Notes: generated by a model not told the origin, from the sequence alone. A DNA stretch of 64,000 nucleotides from Nitrospinaceae bacterium (GCA_965237905.1 OZ250172.1:736001-800000); one strand, 5' to 3'; positions 10,248 to 21,972 are shown, numbered from the stretch's first letter. Made by a program: numbers and translations.

Positions 10248-11954
10248 TCAGCCAATTCCCTCCCCCGGCAGGGGGCGCAATTTATGCACTTTCAGGGCCT
10301 GCAAGCCCTCATATCCGACAAACAGCGCCAGCCCGATCAATACCAATGACGCGCTACCCAGAAACCAGTTCGGTTGCGGCGCGGTCATGAACCGGTACGC
10401 CTGCCACGCCAGCGCTCCGATGGTGGTGATGACCATGAACACCGCCGGGGCCAGGGTATAGGTGGTCGGTTTCCGGACCCCAATCAGATACGTGGAAATC
10501 ACGAACAAAGCCACCGCCGCGATGAGTTGATTGGTCGCGCCAAAAATCGGCCAGATTTTCTGCCAACCGTCGGTCGCGCCGATGAGATACGCCAGTATCA
10601 CGACCAAAGCCGTTGTCACATATTTGTTGAGCATGACGGGTACGCGTGCGCCCGCGCTTTCCTGCACGATGAACCGCGTAATCCGCACCGCCGTATCCAG
10701 CGTCGTCATAACGAACGTGTTCAGGGCCAGCACCGCCACCATGGACGCGACGGTGAATCCCAGAAACGGCAGCATCTGGCTGACCACATTTCCGTAGCCA
10801 CTGCCGAACGCGTGAATCCATCCCCCGGCCTTCAACGTTTCGCGGAATCCGAGAGCGCCCATATCGATTCCACCCGCCGCCGGGGCCACCCAGTACAGCC
10901 CGCCACCGACCAACAGCACGGTGCAGACGGCTACCACACCTTCGGTCAACATGCCGCCGTAGCTGATCAGGCGGCCTTCGGTTTCATTGGTGAGTTGTTT
11001 GGACACGGTGCCGCCCGCCACCAGTGAATGGAATCCGGAGACGGCACCACACGCCACCAGCACGAACAGCATCGGCCACACCGGCCCCTGTCCTTCGGAA
11101 TAGGCACCGAGATATGCGGGGGTGTTGAGTCCGGGGTGCACCCACAACAAAGCGAGTATTCCCAACGCCATGCTCCCGAACAACACATAGGTCGACAAAT
11201 AATCGCGCGGTTGCAGGAGCAGTTGTACCGGCATCACCGACGCCACCGCCGCGTACAGCATCAACACCACAAACCAGAACATGAGCGGTGACAATCCGAG
11301 AACGCCTGCTTCGGACAAGGGCACAGGATATTTGAATCCGAGATAGATGCTGGACAACAGCGCCGCAATCGCCAGCACCGAGGATAGCCCGAGTGGAAAT
11401 CCCTTGCGGTAAATGGCCCAGCCTAACAACATGGATACAGGAATGATCGCCAGCGTGGGAATCACCATCTGCGGTTGGGCGATCAACGTTTTGGCCGCCA
11501 CCACGCCGAACACGGCGATCACCAACAGCATCGCCAGCACCAGAAACACTGCGAACACCGACTTGGCGCGCGGACCCATGGTGGTTTCGGCGATGTCGGC
11601 AATCGAGCTTCCCCGGTTGCGGACGGAAATCATGAGAGCCAGATAATCGTGTACCGCGCCGATGAACACGTTGCCGAGGAGAATCCAGACGAGGGTCAGC
11701 GCCCAACCGAAATGGTGCATGGCGATGATCGGGCCGATGACCGGTCCCGCCCCGGCAATGGACGCGAAATTGTGACCGAACAACACCACCGGCTTGCTGG
11801 GAACGTAATCGACGCCGTCGTTCTGCGATACGGCGGGGGTTTTAAATCCAGCGTCGGGCTGAACCACGTCGCGGTCAATCCGCGCGGCATAAAACCGGTA
11901 GCCCACGAAATAAAAAAACAGGCAGGAAAAAATAAGTATGACCAGCGTCCACAT
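10248..11954 (-). CDS. cstA: Carbon starvation protein A (CstA transporter)
   Basis: LFGHNFASIAGAGPVIGP, GAVHD, LLQPRDY, ACGAVSGFHSL, TTLDTAVR, IWPIFGATNQL. Confidence 0.95.
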   Translation of the reverse strand: MWTLVILIFSCLFFYFVGYRFYAARIDRDVVQPDAGFKTPAVSQNDGVDYVPSKPVVLFGHNFASIAGAGPVIGPIIAMHHFGWALTLVWILLGNVFIGAVHDYLALMISVRNRGSSIADIAETTMGPRAKSVFAVFLVLAMLLVIAVFGVVAAKTLIAQPQMVIPTLAIIPVSMLLGWAIYRKGFPLGLSSVLAIAALLSSIYLGFKYPVPLSEAGVLGLSPLMFWFVVLMLYAAVASVMPVQLLLQPRDYLSTYVLFGSMALGILALLWVHPGLNTPAYLGAYSEGQGPVWPMLFVLVACGAVSGFHSLVAGGTVSKQLTNETEGRLISYGGMLTEGVVAVCTVLLVGGGLYWVAPAAGGIDMGALGFRETLKAGGWIHAFGSGYGNVVSQMLPFLGFTVASMVAVLALNTFVMTTLDTAVRITRFIVQESAGARVPVMLNKYVTTALVVILAYLIGATDGWQKIWPIFGATNQLIAAVALFVISTYLIGVRKPTTYTLAPAVFMVITTIGALAWQAYRFMTAPQPNWFLGSASLVLIGLALFVGYEGLQALKVHKLRPLPGEGIG

Positions 11955-12018
11955 AGTACTTCAACCCGGGAGAATCTCCCAAGCCCCTTAAATCCTTAAA
12001 ATTAAAGGCTAATAGCTA

Positions 12019-13604
<1,586 letters not shown>

Positions 13605-13682
13605 TCAGTTGGTTTCAATTCAAAAAAATTGTTACGAGTTCAGTACCAGGTTGGGTGGCAGATTTCCGGCGACCAACCGGGT

Positions 13683-13710
13683 ATTATGGAGATTTGAGAT
13701 ATAAAGTCAA
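13683..13710 (-). promoter_or_regulatory. Putative sigma70 promoter of purA
   Basis: Minus strand TTGACT-N16-CATAAT. Confidence 0.55.
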
Positions 13711-13740
13711 CCGCTTTCATATTTACAACAAAACCAAAGA

Positions 13741-13952
13741 AAATTAACCACAGATGAACACAGATAAACACGGATGACCCCCAAGGCTGTCGAAACGTAA
13801 CGAAGGTTTCTCACCACAGAGGACACAGAGAAAACCTTAAAGCAAAATATCTCCGCTGGTAAAATAAAATCCAGATTCTTCGTCCCTGCGGTCCTCAGAA
13901 TGACAGTACTTGTTTTTATCTGTGTGTATCTGTGTTCATCTGTGGTTAATTT
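13741..13952. repeat. Composite inverted-repeat element A
   Basis: 35-bp arms AAATTAACCACAGATGAACACAGATAAACACGGAT and its near reverse complement, enclosing CCACAGAGGACACAGAGAAAACCTTAA and an AGATTCTTCG...CTCAGAATGACA REP. Confidence 0.85.
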
Positions 13953-13965
13953 GGGTTGGGGTTGC

Positions 13966-14373
13966 CTAGCCCTTGAAATCTTTCAGGCGTTGTTTGATTT
14001 CTTCAGGCGGGATGACCGGCCCCTGGCCGATACCGGGGCAGAACCCGGCGGTCAATTTCCAATGATTGCGGGTCCGCAGGTTTTCCTGCCAGAACGGATA
14101 GGTGTGGCACTGCTTGGGCTTGGCCGGGTGAATGCCACAGCCCTGTAGGGTGAGAAACTGGCACACCTGCCCCTCCTCCAGTTCCATTTCCCATACGCCG
14201 TGATCTTTTACCAGGAATTTTTTTTTGAAGTCGGACGTCTTGATTTCCAGAAACTTCGCCGCGTCGTAGATATCCCCCCGGTCGAAGTTCACCACGCCGG
14301 GCTTCATACAGCACTTGAAGCAATCGGGCTGGCACTCAAACCGAATCGGTTCTGTTTCCCACCACTTGGGCAT
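13966..14373 (-). CDS. YkgJ-family cysteine cluster protein (CxxCxxCC)
   Basis: FECQPDCFKCC, CQFL, CGIHPAKPKQCHTYPFW, CPGIG. Confidence 0.9.
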   Translation of the reverse strand: MPKWWETEPIRFECQPDCFKCCMKPGVVNFDRGDIYDAAKFLEIKTSDFKKKFLVKDHGVWEMELEEGQVCQFLTLQGCGIHPAKPKQCHTYPFWQENLRTRNHWKLTAGFCPGIGQGPVIPPEEIKQRLKDFKG

Positions 14374-14375
14374 GG

Positions 14376-15545
14376 TTAGATCAACACGAGGTCATCGCGG
14401 TGGATGACTTCTTCGTAAAAGTTGGCGCCGACGAGACTGCGCACGGCGGCGGTTTTCATTCCCTTGATCTGGTCGAGATCGCGCGAGTTGTAATTGACCA
14501 GACCGCGGGCGATTTCTTTCCCTTTCTCGTCCAGTATACGCACGGCGCTGCCGAATTCAAACTTTCCGTCCACTTTAATGATCCCCGCCGCCAACAAACT
14601 CTTGCCGCGCTCCACCAACGCCTTGCGCGCACCCGCGTCTATTTTGATCGATCCCGCCGGTTTCAGCGTGTGGGCGATCCAGTGCTTGCGGTCCTTGATC
14701 TTCGCCTCGCCCGACCAGAACAGCGTGCCGATCGGACTCCCGGCAAATACCTTTTTCAGGTTCTCGCCCTTGAGGCCGTTGATGATGAGCGTGGGAATGC
14801 CGAAGCTCATAGTCTTTTTTGCCGCCAGCACTTTCGTGAACATGCCACCGACCGCTAACGGATTCTTACTCTTGCCTGCCAACCGTTCGATTTCCGGAGT
14901 GACGCGGTCGACATGCGAGATCAACTCCGGCGACTTATCAGAATTATTTCGAGCCTTCGCGGGGTCCTCCGTGTACAAGCCGTCGACGTCCGACAGCAGA
15001 ATCAGCAGATGTGCCTCCGCCATGCAGGCCACGTTGGCCGACAGCGTGTCGTTGTCGCCGATCTTGATCTCGTCGACCGTCACCGAATCGTTTTCGTTGA
15101 CGATCGGGATAACGCCGTGCTCCAAGAGGGCTTCCAGCGTGTGCCGGACGTTCAGATAGCGTTTGCGGTTTTCGAGGTCGTCGTGGCCCAGCAGAATCTG
15201 CGCAACCTTGAGGCCCTGCTTCTCGAACGACCGCTCATAAGAGCGCATCAGGGAACTCTGGCCGATGGCGGCGCAGGCCTGTTTCTCCGGGATGTCGAGG
15301 TTGGGCCGCTTGAGATTCAGCCGCTCGCGCCCCGCCATGATCGCACCCGACGACACCAGAATCACCTCGTACCCCGCGTCGGCGATGGCCTTGATGCGCC
15401 TCGCGTAACTGCGGATGCGCTTCTGGCTGAGGCCGCGCTCCAGAGGCGCCTTGCCCGACTCGTGGTCGGAGATCACCCCACTCCCCACCTTGATCACCAC
15501 CCGCTTCGCCCGCTTCAGAATGTTTTTTCGCAGTTCCCGGCTCAT
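14376..15545 (-). CDS. proB: Glutamate 5-kinase with PUA domain
   Basis: VVIKVGS, VSSGA, AAIGQ, NENDSV, GDNDTL, GGMFTK, EEVIHRDDL. Confidence 0.97.
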   Translation of the reverse strand: MSRELRKNILKRAKRVVIKVGSGVISDHESGKAPLERGLSQKRIRSYARRIKAIADAGYEVILVSSGAIMAGRERLNLKRPNLDIPEKQACAAIGQSSLMRSYERSFEKQGLKVAQILLGHDDLENRKRYLNVRHTLEALLEHGVIPIVNENDSVTVDEIKIGDNDTLSANVACMAEAHLLILLSDVDGLYTEDPAKARNNSDKSPELISHVDRVTPEIERLAGKSKNPLAVGGMFTKVLAAKKTMSFGIPTLIINGLKGENLKKVFAGSPIGTLFWSGEAKIKDRKHWIAHTLKPAGSIKIDAGARKALVERGKSLLAAGIIKVDGKFEFGSAVRILDEKGKEIARGLVNYNSRDLDQIKGMKTAAVRSLVGANFYEEVIHRDDLVLI

Positions 15546-15627
15546 ACCATCCTTCTTTGACAAGTAAACATAAAGTATTGCATCTTAAACCATCACTCAA
15601 ACAGGTACAAGAAGAAGGATTCGCAGA

Positions 15628-15693
15628 TCACTCTTTATTGGCTTTGTTTTTCAGGAATTCCCGCAGGGCGGGGGAGTTGGCGAGACGGTTCAA
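15628..15693 (-). pseudogene. Orphan 3' end of an ankyrin-gene homolog
   Basis: Encodes LNRLANSPALREFLKNKANKE*, compared with HLANSPAMREFLQSKAK* at the end of 16469-17116. Confidence 0.65.
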
Positions 15694-16341
15694 CTAATTT
15701 GGATTGAAGGGGACCCACTTTCTGTTTTGGTTTTCACTCCTGCACATGAATTTCTTTCCCTGATATTCACAGAATTGATACGACCCGGTTTCCAGCCTGA
15801 AAGTAAAACTCCCCCCTCCTTTTATCGAGAGAAATAAGGTTCTCTGATCTGGATTGATGTAGGTGGGTTGTTTCCGCCAATGGAAGGAAGAAATCGAATG
15901 GGGAAATGACGCAATTTCTTTTTCGATAAACAGGTCCGCAAGCCTATAGCTTTGTAGGCGTTGTCCTTTAAAATCGTAAAAAACTATTACTTGACCGTAT
16001 CCCATGTTAGCCCAGTTGTCCAGTGTCACCCAATACCCCTTGTTGGAAACATAAATTTCGACAGGGGACAAAGGGTTGGCCAACTTGATTTTCTTCATAA
16101 ATCGGTAGGATTTATTCTCCTGTCGTTGATACAGCTCCGCCCTCGCGTAGGTGACTCTTGAGGCTCGCTTGGAACCAGGAGTACGCCCGAGATTGCCAGG
16201 AATGACCCGGACGAAGTATTCCCTGGATTCGCTGTAGACCTCCTTTATTCGCGGAGTCCCCCATTTGTCGGCGAATGAAAAATCTGTCAGGGGTGTGACA
16301 AACCAGACCGATAGTAGGAGTGCAATGGGAATTTTTGCCAT
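15694..16341 (-). CDS. Hypothetical exported protein
   Basis: Signal-peptide-like N-terminus; RBS AAGGA; AT-richer than its neighbours. Confidence 0.75.
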   Translation of the reverse strand: MAKIPIALLLSVWFVTPLTDFSFADKWGTPRIKEVYSESREYFVRVIPGNLGRTPGSKRASRVTYARAELYQRQENKSYRFMKKIKLANPLSPVEIYVSNKGYWVTLDNWANMGYGQVIVFYDFKGQRLQSYRLADLFIEKEIASFPHSISSFHWRKQPTYINPDQRTLFLSIKGGGSFTFRLETGSYQFCEYQGKKFMCRSENQNRKWVPFNPN

Positions 16342-16364
16342 CTCGAAATTTCCTTCTTAATTTC

Positions 16365-16466
16365 TAATCCCCTCCAGTATAAGGGAAAGGGGGTCATGTC
16401 CGATTGAAATTTTATCCGTGCTCATCGGTGGTTCCAAATCCCCCCTGCCCCCTTTACAAGGGGGTG
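16365..16466. repeat. Cluster of REP-like units
   Basis: CCCCTCCAGTATAAGGGAAAGGGG, ATCCGTGCTCATCGGTGGTT (variant of the element A/B arm) and CCCCCTTTACAAGGGGG. Confidence 0.7.
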
Positions 16467-16468
16467 TT

Positions 16469-17116
16469 TTATTTGGCTTTGCTTTGCAGAAACTCTCTCA
16501 TTGCGGGGGAGTTGGCGAGGTGGATGGGGGTGATGCCGGGCTGGCGGGTGAATGGGTCGAGGCCTTTGGCTTTCACGTCTGCTCCTTTGGCAATCAACAG
16601 CTTGGCGATGCCTTTCTGTCCGCTGAGCGCGGCGTAATGCAGGGGTGTCAGTTTCAAATTATCGCGGGCGTTGATATTGGCGCCTTTTTCCATGAGCAAG
16701 TCCGCCATCGATTCCGGCCCGAACTGCGAAACGAAGTGTAAGGGGGTTTTGCCCCAGGATTTTTCTTTGGCACCCAGATCCGCGCCGTTTTTGATGAGCA
16801 GTTCCGCAACATCCGTCTGCACCAACTGCGTCGCCAGATGAAGCGGGGTGAACGCGTCGCGGTCTCGTGCGTTGACGTTGGCGCCTTTTTCGATGAGGAG
16901 ACGCGCCACTTGCCCGTATCCGCGGTTGACCGCCCAGTGCAGGGCGGTGCGCTGGAAGCCATCACGCGCGTTGATGTCCGCGCCCGACTCGAGCAGTCCC
17001 TGCACCTGCGTCAGGTTGCCCATCTTCGCGGACTCGTGCAAATAGGTCGTCTCTTCTCCCGAACAGGAGGCGAGAAGCAGGGCCAGACAAAATCCCAAAA
17101 CCAGAAATTTATCCAC
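16469..17116 (-). CDS. Ankyrin-repeat lipoprotein
   Basis: About 5 TPLH/TALH...GADINARD repeats; lipobox LASC after probable GTG 17116; the longer ORF to 17305 is translated repeat DNA. Confidence 0.88.
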   Translation of the reverse strand: MDKFLVLGFCLALLLASCSGEETTYLHESAKMGNLTQVQGLLESGADINARDGFQRTALHWAVNRGYGQVARLLIEKGANVNARDRDAFTPLHLATQLVQTDVAELLIKNGADLGAKEKSWGKTPLHFVSQFGPESMADLLMEKGANINARDNLKLTPLHYAALSGQKGIAKLLIAKGADVKAKGLDPFTRQPGITPIHLANSPAMREFLQSKAK

Positions 17117-17328
17117 AGATGAACACAGATAAACACCGATGAAAGCATAGATTCTACCTCGGCTTCGCCTCCTCAGAATGACATACTGATGCTGAATGTC
17201 ATCCTGAGCACTAGCGAAGGATCTGGGTTTTATCCCTGTTCCGTGCTCCATGTTCCCTGTTCCGGGTTCATCCCTATTCCCTGTTCTGGGTTTATCGGTG
17301 TCCATCTGTGTTCATCTGTGGTTAATTT
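17113..17328. repeat. Composite inverted-repeat element B
   Basis: Arms CCACAGATGAACACAGATAAACACCGAT and ATCGGTGTCCATCTGTGTTCATCTGTGG; inner inverted REP pair (CTCAGAATGACA, TGTCATCCTGAG); 7-nt periodic CCCTGTT run. Confidence 0.85.
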
Positions 17329-18191
17329 TGTTTGGCTGTTTCCTGTTTGGCTGTTTTCTGTTGCGCCTGGATGCGTATGACAAACTCTTTGATCGTATCA
17401 AAGTATTCCTCCCCGCCAACGCCGTAGGTATTGTTATGTCCCGCGCCCACGATCGAATAAAACTCCTTGGGTTGTGCGGCACCCTTGTACAGTTCGCGCC
17501 CCAGCGTATAGGGAATGATCGTATCCTTCGTTCCGTGAATAAACAGTTTCGGCATGCTCAAGTGCGCCACGTATCCCAGCGTGTTCAATTCCGAGCTGAT
17601 GAACCAGCCCACTGGCAGGGCGGGAAACATTTTATCGGCCATGTCATCCGCGTTGGTGAAGGTCGACTCCAGAATCAGCCCCGCCGCCGGGTTTTGGGAA
17701 GCGGTGTACGACGCGAACGGCCTCCCAAGCGACCGCCCAAATATAAACAAGGATGGAAGCGATACTCCCGGCTGGGTCAATACCGTGTCATACGCCGCCT
17801 GGCAATCCAGATAAATGTCGTCTTCATCGGGGTCGCCCTCGCTCCGCCCAAAGCCCCGGTAATCGAAAATAAAAACGTTCAGTTTCAGGTGGTGCAGGAA
17901 GAAAATATTCTCCAGCCGGTGGGTGATGTTTCCGGCATTGCCGTGGAAAAACAGGAGAGTGGCGACCGCTTCCTCACTGGGAACATACCAGCCGTGCAGT
18001 TTGACGCCGTCTTTGGCCGTAAACCAGACGTCCTGAATCGGCAGCGGCATCTTGGACGTGTCCCACAGGCCATCGGGATATTTAATGGGATGATAAATAA
18101 TTTTATTTTCACAGCCGACCAGTAGTACGGTGAACAGCGCCAGCACTACGATCAAACCCACGAGCGTATTGAGAAGCATCTTTTTTATCAT
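17322..18191 (-). CDS. Alpha/beta hydrolase (BEM46/ABHD13-like)
   Basis: FFHGNAGNI, DYRGFGRSEG, GRSLG, IHGTKDTII, GAGHNN. Confidence 0.92.
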   Translation of the reverse strand: MIKKMLLNTLVGLIVVLALFTVLLVGCENKIIYHPIKYPDGLWDTSKMPLPIQDVWFTAKDGVKLHGWYVPSEEAVATLLFFHGNAGNITHRLENIFFLHHLKLNVFIFDYRGFGRSEGDPDEDDIYLDCQAAYDTVLTQPGVSLPSLFIFGRSLGRPFASYTASQNPAAGLILESTFTNADDMADKMFPALPVGWFISSELNTLGYVAHLSMPKLFIHGTKDTIIPYTLGRELYKGAAQPKEFYSIVGAGHNNTYGVGGEEYFDTIKEFVIRIQAQQKTAKQETAKQN

Positions 18192-19498
18192 GAGGCGGCG
18201 TTGGCCTTTTTAACCTTCACCTTGAGGCCGTTGACTTTTTCCACCACCACGGTTTCGCCTTCGGCGATGGCGCCGTCACACACAGCGGACCATAATTCTC
18301 CATGCACGTAGACAGTGCCTTCCGGGTCCAGCATTTCTTTCGCCACGCCGGTCGCGCCGATCATTCCTTCCGCTCCACTGGTCGCTTTCAGTTGGGCGGA
18401 TTTAGTGGCCAGGTACAGGGTGCCCAGCGCGATCAGGACGCTGGTGAACAGCGTCGGGTACAGTACCGAACGGGATATCTGCATGGCGGGGTCGTCGGTG
18501 TCGATCAGCATAAGCGACCCAAGGGCAATGGAAACGACCCCTCCCGCGGACAGAAGACCAAATGTCGGGGTGTTCAGTTCGGCGATGAACAGGATGCCGC
18601 CCAGCAGGATGAGCAGGAGGCCCGCGTAATTGATCGGCAGGGTCTGCATGGCGTACAGGGCGAGGATCATGCTGATGCCGCCCAGGATACCGGGCAGGAT
18701 GAGGCCGGGATTGGACAGCTCGAAATACAATCCCACCAGCCCGATCATCATCAGGATATACGCGATGTTGGGATTGGAGATGGTGTCCAGAATATTTTCA
18801 CGGGGCGACATTTTGTGATACACGATGGCCTTGCCTTTGGTGGACAGGGTCACCTTGGCATCGTCGATCATTTTAATTTCGCGGCCGTCGACGGCCAACA
18901 CCAGCGCCTCGACGTTGTTGGCGACCAGATCGATGACGGCGAGTTTTTTGGCTTCCACAGCGGAGATGGAAACGCTTTTCCGGACCGCCTGTTCCGCCCA
19001 GAAGGCGTTGCGCCCGCGCGTTTCAGCGAGGGAGCGGATATAGGCCGACGCGTCATTGAGGATTTTTTCTTCCATGGGGGAAGGCTCTTTCGGGTCACCC
19101 TCCTCACCTCCCATGAGATTGACCGGATGCGCGGCGCCGATGTTGGTGCCCGGCGCCATCGCCGCGATATGCGAAGCGATGATGATGAACGTTCCCGCCG
19201 ATGCGCCACGGGATCCGCTCGGGGCGATAAACGTCGCCACTGGAATCTTCGACATTTGAATGGACTTGATGATCTGGCGCATGGACGTATCCAGACCGCC
19301 CGGCGTATCCATGCGGATAATGATCAACTCCTCCTGGGCGGCATTGGCGTCTTTGATTTCCGTGCTGACGAATTCAGCAACTACAGGATTGATGGCGCCG
19401 GAGACTTCGACCACCACAACCTGGTCCTCCGCCCACGCCGTGGTGGACAGCAATACGGTACCGATGACACATCCTATGAACCATTTTTTCCAGATCAT
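18188..19498 (-). CDS. nfeD: NfeD long form (ClpP-like membrane serine protease)
   Basis: DTPGGL, ASAGT, APGTNIGAAHPV, EEKILND, C-terminal OB-fold VHGELWSA. Confidence 0.93.
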   Translation of the reverse strand: MIWKKWFIGCVIGTVLLSTTAWAEDQVVVVEVSGAINPVVAEFVSTEIKDANAAQEELIIIRMDTPGGLDTSMRQIIKSIQMSKIPVATFIAPSGSRGASAGTFIIIASHIAAMAPGTNIGAAHPVNLMGGEEGDPKEPSPMEEKILNDASAYIRSLAETRGRNAFWAEQAVRKSVSISAVEAKKLAVIDLVANNVEALVLAVDGREIKMIDDAKVTLSTKGKAIVYHKMSPRENILDTISNPNIAYILMMIGLVGLYFELSNPGLILPGILGGISMILALYAMQTLPINYAGLLLILLGGILFIAELNTPTFGLLSAGGVVSIALGSLMLIDTDDPAMQISRSVLYPTLFTSVLIALGTLYLATKSAQLKATSGAEGMIGATGVAKEMLDPEGTVYVHGELWSAVCDGAIAEGETVVVEKVNGLKVKVKKANAAS

Positions 19499-19670
19499 AA
19501 TCCCTCAAGAATAAAGTATTGAATACTATCATTTTTTCAGACCCTACCCGTAAAGTCAAACGGATTCGCTGGTCCATAATGGCAATTCCCAACCGTTTTT
19601 TATTTTAATTCATCCGGCAGGGGTTTGATGATAAACTAGACTGACTGATTATCGCCAGCCAAGAGGATTT

Positions 19671-20081
19671 ATGGATTACAAAACCGTTTTTATTGTCGAC
19701 CCCATCAAAGGTGAGCGCCTGCAGTTGGCGAAGCTCCTGAAGCAGGAGAAAATCACCATCTCCGGGTTCGTCAAGCTGACGGACTGTTTCAAGAAGAACA
19801 ATCCGCTGAAATGCGATGTTGTGGTTTATGTCCTGCGAACGGGCCGGGCCGAGTTGAAGGAACTCAACAAGGTGAACCACCGTGAAAAAAATATTCCCTT
19901 TGTCATTGTGACGAGCCCCGACACTGCCGAGATCGAACTGGACGAATGGAAGAAAAAGGGGTTTAAGTCCATCGACCTGGCCATCAACAAAGAAAATGCC
20001 AAGGAAATCACCTATAATTTAATATCACCGGATGGACCGGTTCCGGAACGCAAACCCCTGCAAGCGGTTCCTCTGCCCTGA
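19671..20081 (+). CDS. Hypothetical protein, degenerate receiver-like fold
   Basis: VFIVD, DVVVY and IPFVIVT pattern; no phospho-acceptor Asp apparent. Confidence 0.55.
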   Translation: MDYKTVFIVDPIKGERLQLAKLLKQEKITISGFVKLTDCFKKNNPLKCDVVVYVLRTGRAELKELNKVNHREKNIPFVIVTSPDTAEIELDEWKKKGFKSIDLAINKENAKEITYNLISPDGPVPERKPLQAVPLP

Positions 20082-20116
20082 CGGCGTGATCCCGTCTCTT
20101 CCAACGTATTGACACT

Positions 20117-20956
20117 ATGACTTCACCCTCAGCTCAAACACGTACAATAAAAATCGGCCCCCTGACCATCGGCGGCGGTAACCCCATCGTAGTCATCGCC
20201 GGACCCTGCGTGATCGAATCGGAAAAGCACGCGTTGAAAACCGCCGAACAACTGAAACGGATTTTTGCCGATGCACAAATCCCGTTCATCTATAAATCGT
20301 CCTATGATAAGGCCAACCGGTCGTCCATCAAATCGTTCCGCGGCCCCGGCCTGAAAGATGGCCTGAGAATTCTGCACAAGGTGAAAGAGGAATTGGACCT
20401 GCCGATCCTCTCGGACATCCACAAGGAAGAAGAGGTGGACCCGGCGGCGGCGGTACTGGACATACTACAAATCCCCGCCTTCCTGTGCCGGCAGACCGAC
20501 CTCGTCGTTAAGGCCGCCAAGTCGGGAAAACCGGTCAACGTGAAAAAGGGACAATTCCTCGCACCGTGGGACATGAAAAACGTAGTCGACAAAATCAAGG
20601 AGTGCGGCAACGAAGATATCATGATCACCGAACGCGGCTTCATGTTCGGATACAACAACATGGTGGTCGATATGCGGTCGCTGGTGCTGATGCGCGAGTT
20701 CGGCTACCCGGTGGTGTTCGACTGCACCCACAGCCTGCAACTGCCGGGCGGACAGGGCACGACCTCCGGCGGCCAACGCGAACTGGTGCCTCACCTGACA
20801 CGCGGCGCAGTGGCAGTGGGATGCGACATGCTGTTCATGGAAGCGCACCCCGACCCCGACAACGCGCCGTCCGACGGACCCAACATGCTCAAGTTCGACA
20901 CGCTCCCCGCTCTCTTGAAACAGATCAAGGACCTGGACCAGCTACGCTTGCAATAA
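20117..20956 (+). CDS. kdsA: KDO8P synthase
   Basis: [50 protein letters not shown]. Confidence 0.98.
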   Translation: MTSPSAQTRTIKIGPLTIGGGNPIVVIAGPCVIESEKHALKTAEQLKRIFADAQIPFIYKSSYDKANRSSIKSFRGPGLKDGLRILHKVKEELDLPILSDIHKEEEVDPAAAVLDILQIPAFLCRQTDLVVKAAKSGKPVNVKKGQFLAPWDMKNVVDKIKECGNEDIMITERGFMFGYNNMVVDMRSLVLMREFGYPVVFDCTHSLQLPGGQGTTSGGQRELVPHLTRGAVAVGCDMLFMEAHPDPDNAPSDGPNMLKFDTLPALLKQIKDLDQLRLQ

Positions 20957-20984
20957 CCTTCTGTCCAACCGGAGTTGCCATACC

Positions 20985-21944
20985 ATGCGCCTCTCCATCA
21001 AACAATTTGTTTTCATTCTATTAGTGTTCGTCCTTTTACCAGCGTCAACGCTTGCGCAAAATTCGGGCGACTGGAAACTTCTGCCGCCGACGCCCACCGC
21101 CCGCACCGAAGTGGCGGTGGTCAACCATCAGGACAAAATTTATCTCATCGGCGGCTTCACACCCAATGGCATCACCGATCAGGTGGAGGTGTACGATCCG
21201 AAAACAAAGAGCTGGTCGAAAGCCGCCCCCCTGCCCGCTCCCCGGCACCACACCACGGCGGTTTCAATAAACGGGAGAATTTATGTGATCGGAGGATTTT
21301 CGTCGGGCATGTGGACACCGGTCAATACCACCTACGCTTACGATGCGTCCAAGAATGAATGGACGCAACAGGCGCCCATGCCGACGGAACGCGGCGCGCT
21401 GGCGGTGGGAGTGATCGACGGCAAAATCTACGCGGTGGGCGGGGCACTTAAAAAATTCTTTCGCCTGAAAAACACCGATGCCAACGAAGTGTACGATCCG
21501 AAAACCAACACCTGGAAAAAATTAACCCCCATCCCTACCCCGCGTGACCATCTTACTGTGTCCGTGGCAAACGGATTGCTGTACGCCATCGGCGGGCGCG
21601 TCAACGTCAACTACAATCACAACCTCAACGCCAACGAAGCCTACGATCCCAAATCCAACCAATGGAAAACGCGCGCACCGTTACCAACGGCACGCTCCGG
21701 CATCACTTCGCAATATGTTAAAGGAAAAATTTATGTGTTCGGCGGCGAGTCGGGTGAAGGTACCTTCAACGAAAACGAAGCATTCGATCCGAAGGCGAAT
21801 CAATGGACCACTATGCCGCCCATGCCGAAATCTTGTCATGGACTTGGCTCAGCAGTGGTGAACGGCGCGATCCATCTCCTGAACGGCGGACCCCACCCCG
21901 GCGGTGGTGGCAGTACCTACCACCAAATGTTCACGCCGAACTGA
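20985..21944 (+). CDS. Secreted Kelch-repeat beta-propeller protein
   Basis: Six IYxxGG...YDP..W repeats; signal peptide. Confidence 0.92.
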   Translation: MRLSIKQFVFILLVFVLLPASTLAQNSGDWKLLPPTPTARTEVAVVNHQDKIYLIGGFTPNGITDQVEVYDPKTKSWSKAAPLPAPRHHTTAVSINGRIYVIGGFSSGMWTPVNTTYAYDASKNEWTQQAPMPTERGALAVGVIDGKIYAVGGALKKFFRLKNTDANEVYDPKTNTWKKLTPIPTPRDHLTVSVANGLLYAIGGRVNVNYNHNLNANEAYDPKSNQWKTRAPLPTARSGITSQYVKGKIYVFGGESGEGTFNENEAFDPKANQWTTMPPMPKSCHGLGSAVVNGAIHLLNGGPHPGGGGSTYHQMFTPN

Positions 21945-21972
21945 TTTAAGGTAAAGGGAAGCAGGTTTACGA

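Noticed and set aside
13640..13682. Purine or ZTP riboswitch in the purA leader
   Set aside because: Only a simple hairpin (GGTTGG/CCAACC), with no consensus aptamer motifs
17117..17305. 63-aa N-terminal extension of the ankyrin ORF as a real protein domain
   Set aside because: It is the translation of repeat element B and would bury the lipoprotein signal
13741..17328. Recurrent CACAGATGAACACAGAT units as a CRISPR array
   Set aside because: The units are inverted and dispersed, with no regular unique spacers and no cas genes
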